DNA from: Azolla caroliniana
Lineage: Eukaryota; Plantae; Polypodiophyta
Direction of reading: 5' to 3'
DNA length: 10,036 nucleotides
NCBI GenBank assembly: GCA_043228905.1
Contig: JBHGNT010001303.1
Span: forward strand, 1-10,036
Shown: piece after piece, positions 6,606 to 10,036 of the stretch
How the letters are laid out: the number at the start of each line of letters is the position of its first letter
Numbering within the stretch: position 1 is the stretch's first letter
Notes under the pieces: generated by a model
Databases searched by the model: none
Seen by the model: only the letters and a program-made list of their open reading frames with translations
Told to the model about the DNA's origin: nothing
Program-made: the position numbers and the translations under genes

Positions 6606-8156
6606 ATTAGGAACATACAAGAGTTTCTTAAAGAATAGTAATCCATCATGACATTCAAATTGTTGATAGTCCGTACCTGGTTGTTGTGACTATGAACAAG
6701 ATGCTCGAGAGGGATCAATTTGTGCTAGAATGGCTTGAGCGAAAACATCTGTCTTCAAGTCCTCACGTATGGTATCGATAACGTGGGAATCCATGGGCAT
6801 ACCGAAGACCTATGTTGCTTGCAGTCGTGCCGGTCCCAAGATTACTTGCTTTTGGTTATCGAAAGACGGCTCACCGAGACGCAGTGCTAGATACGAACGC
6901 CATGATAATGCATCTGCCTTCCCTTGTTGCTTCGCCGGACGATATGTAATTTTGAAGTCGAAACGAGTGAGGAATTAGGCCCACCGAGCTTGACGTCGAT
7001 TTAACACACGAGCATTCTTAAAGTAGGCAAGGTTTTTGTGATCACTGAATACAATGACTTGATGAGAAGACTCCTCTAGAAAATGCCTCCATTGCGCAAA
7101 AGAGTCCACTATTGCTAATAGCTCCTTACCATGAATTTCATAGTTGATTTCCGCGGCATCAAACTTGCGTGAATGGAAAGCCACGGGATGTAGCTTTTCA
7201 TCATCGTCTTGTTGAGACAGAATGCTACCCAAGGCAAACTCCAACGTGTCTGCTTCAATGATGAATGGTTTTGCTGGATCAACATGAGCTAAAATAGGAG
7301 CTGATGTAAATGCCTTCTTAAGACTCTCAAAAGCAATGTCCGCTTCTTCAGACCAAACGAACGATTTTCCCTTCCTGGTAAGTTGTGTGAGAGGCAGAAC
7401 AAGCTTTGAGTAATCCAGTATGAACTTGCGGTAAAAATTGGCAAAGCCTAAAAATCATTGCACATCTCACAACGAACGCGGAGTCTACCACTCTACCACC
7501 GTTTTGACCTTAGTTGGATGCATGGAGATGCCTTTTGAGGAAATGACATAACCCAAAAATTCTACCTTGTTGCACCCAAAACTACATTTTTCCAGTTTTG
7601 CATAAAGACCATGTTCTCGAAGTCATTTAAATAGTACTAACAGTACATGAGAATCATGCTCTTCTTGGGTCTTCGAATAAACCAATAGATTATCCAAAAA
7701 GATGATCAAAAAATCTTCCAAGAGATCTCGGAATATATCATTTTCCATGTGTTCGAAGATTGTTGGCGCATTAGTGAGGCCGAATGGCATGACTATATAC
7801 TCGAAGTGCCCATATCTGGTGTGAAACACAGTCTTCCATTCATCTCTTGGTTGGATCCGTATGAGGTTATACGCTCCTCGTAAGTCAATCTTTGCGAAGA
7901 ACCTTGCACCATTGATCCGTTCTAAAAGACTTGAGATAAGACGAAGTGCATACCTATTCCTGATGGTGACTTTATTCAACCCATGGTAATCTATGACGAG
8001 ACGAAGTGATCGATCCTTTTTCTTGACGAAGAAAATGGGTGCGCCAGCTGGAGATTTCAAATGTCGAATGTAACTATTCGCCAAATTCTCCTCTACATAG
8101 GCTTGAAGGACTTCTAGCTCGGTTCGTGACAAATTGTAGATCGGTTCCCATGGTGG
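6606..8156 (-). pseudogene. pol: Reverse transcriptase and RNase H (pol copy 1), disrupted
   Basis: [49 protein letters not shown] and FLDN in place of YxDD. RNase H motifs include ALGSILSQ, NYEIHGKELLAIVDSF and FSDHKNL. Confidence 0.96.
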
Positions 8157-9633
8157 AATGGATTGCCATGGCTTGCTTGGAATAAGTAATGGTTCTAATA
8201 AACCATATGGATGATGTCTTGGCATTTTTGCTTTGCAACATGTATCACAAGTCCGAACAAAATCTTCGACAAATTGTCGCATATGTGGCCACCAGAAGGA
8301 TCGTTGTACTAAATCTAGTGTTTTAGTACCTACCAAAATGCCCAATTGTATATGTGTCATAATAGTTCTGGACTACTTCAAGGCGACAACTACCATTAGG
8401 AACATACAAGAGTTTCTTAAAGAATAGTAATCCATCATGACATTCAAATTGTCGATAGTCCGTACCTATTTGTTGTGACTATGAACAAGATGCTCCAGAG
8501 GGATCAATTTGTGCTAGAATGGCTTGGGCGAAAGCATTTGTCTTCACGTCCTCACGTATGGTATCGATAACGTGGGAATCCAAGGGCATGCTGAAGACCT
8601 ATGTTGCTTGTAGTTATGCCGGTCCCAAGATTACTTGCTTTTGGTTATCGAAAATTGGCTCGTCGGGACGTGGTGCTAGATACGAACGCTGTGATAATGC
8701 ATCTGCCTTCCCTTGGTGCTTCCCCGAACGATGTGTAATTTTGAAGTCGAAATGCGTGAGGAATTGGGCCCACCGAGGTTGACGTCGATTTAACACGTGA
8801 GCACTCCGAAAGTAGGCAAGGTTTTTGTGATCACTGAATATGGTGACTTGATGAGAGGATCCCTCTAGAAAGTGCCTCCATTGCGTAAAAGAGTCCACTA
8901 TTGCTAATAGCTCCTTATCATGAATTTCATAGTTGATTTCGGGGGCGTCAAACTTGTGTGAGTGGAAAGCCACAGGATGTAGTTTTTCATCATTACTTTG
9001 TTGTGACAGAATGCTACCCAATGCGAAATTCAACGCGTCCGCGTCCATGATGAATGGTTTCTCCGGATCAATGTGAGCTAGAATAAGAGCCGATGTAAAT
9101 GCCTTCTTAAGATTCTCAAAATCCATGTCCGTTTCTTCAGACCAAACGAATGATTGTCCCTTCTTAGTAAGTTGTGTAAGAGGCAGAACAAGATTTGAGT
9201 AATTCTGTATAAACTTGCGGTAGAAATTGGCAAAGCCTAAAAAGCATGAAGATGCCTTCCGAGGAGATGACATAGCCCAGAAATTCCACCTAGTTGCACC
9301 TGAAACTACATTTTTCCAGCTTTGCATAAAGACCATGTTCTCGAAGTCGTTTTAGTAGTAACAATACATGAGAATCATGCTCTTCTTACATCTTCGAATA
9401 AACCAGTAGATGATCCAAATAGATGATCAAACAAACATCCAAGAGATCTCAGAATATATCGTTTGCCATGTGCTGGAAGACTATTGGCGCATTAGTGAGG
9501 CAGAACGGCATGACCGTATACTGGAAGTGCCCATATCTGGTGCGAAATGCGGTCTTCCATTCATCTCCTGGTCGGATCCATACGAGGTTATATGCTCCCC
9601 GTAAGTCGATCTTCGTGAAGAACCTTGCACCAT
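8157..9633 (-). pseudogene. pol: Second partial pol copy (RT C-terminal half, RNase H, integrase Zn finger)
   Basis: Colinear with 5432-5676 plus 6614-7912, at roughly 88% identity in one 140-bp block counted by eye. It has YLDH in place of YxDD and a deletion of about 65 bp near 9245. Confidence 0.95.
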
Positions 9634-9704
9634 TGTTAAGAAATGGAGTCTTTGGTGATTGCAATGCAGCTGAAGATGAGAGACTATGTGTGGGTGTGTG
9701 TAGC

Positions 9705-9707
<3 letters not shown>

Positions 9708-9751
<44 letters not shown>
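9708..9751. repeat. (AG)22 microsatellite
   Basis: Uninterrupted AG run read directly. Confidence 0.97.
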
Positions 9752-9753
<2 letters not shown>

Positions 9754-9992
9754 CAAGACAGAGATAATCAAATTGTATATTACATAACACTTCCAACAGT
9801 GACTAAGTTACAATGAGTTGGTTTATATACCAACTAAACTAGGGCAAGCGCCCTTTCTGCTATTTACAAAACTAGCCTGGTATGTCCATGGCCTAGTGTG
9901 AACCTATTCCTATGGGAAGTTGAGTTCAATTCTCAGCATGCCCCTTTGAACACAACTTCCATCTGTTCGGTATGAAGTTTGGCGTACATATC

Positions 9993-10036
9993 TGCGTATC
10001 AATGCGTACTCTGCGTACTCTGCGTACTCAATGCGT
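9993..10036. repeat. Short tandem repeat of TGCGTACTC
   Basis: Three perfect units at 10003-10029, flanked by degenerate or partial units. Confidence 0.85.

Larger units (their letters stand above)
9634..10036 (-). mobile_element. End of another LTR inserted in RT, running off the window
   Basis: RT homology stops at TGTTAAG (minus-strand end ...TTAACA). On the minus strand TATATAAA (9829-9822) precedes a CT microsatellite. The other end is not visible. Confidence 0.65.

Noticed and set aside
7623-8360. Novel 245-aa Zn-finger/RT protein or Copia-type INT-RT order
   Set aside because: It is a rearrangement junction between two Gypsy pol copies. The N-terminus is out of frame with the His residues and the RT motif is FLDN.
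9449-9796. 115-aa ORF with an LSLSLS N-terminus as a signal peptide fused to RT
   Set aside because: It is read-through from a CT microsatellite in an inserted LTR into the interrupted RT.

Overview
Eukaryotic repeat DNA with no intact host gene and no intact element ORF. It is probably from a non-seed land plant such as a fern or lycophyte, which I infer only from the element types. The backbone is a decayed Ty3/Gypsy chromovirus (Tf1/sushi-like, plausibly Tcn1 clade) on the minus strand. Read right to left it runs: partial pol copy 2 (RT-RNase H-integrase Zn finger), fused to pol copy 1 (RT-RNase H-integrase-chromodomain), then PPT, one shared LTR, PBS, gag and protease of a second tandem unit. 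Four things interrupt it: a non-coding LTR element (1714-4126) inside the shared LTR, an opposite-strand LTR-like segment inside that element (2638-3342), an AT-rich insert with an 8-bp target duplication (5677-6605), and another LTR entering from the right edge (from 9634). The most notable signals are cis-acting RNA elements that remain readable: a candidate -1 frameshift cassette (GUUAAAC, 6-nt spacer, H-type pseudoknot) at the gag-pol junction, a Tf1-type self-priming signature instead of a tRNA PBS, and an antisense tRNA-like A/B-box module in U3. All alignments and folds were done by eye.
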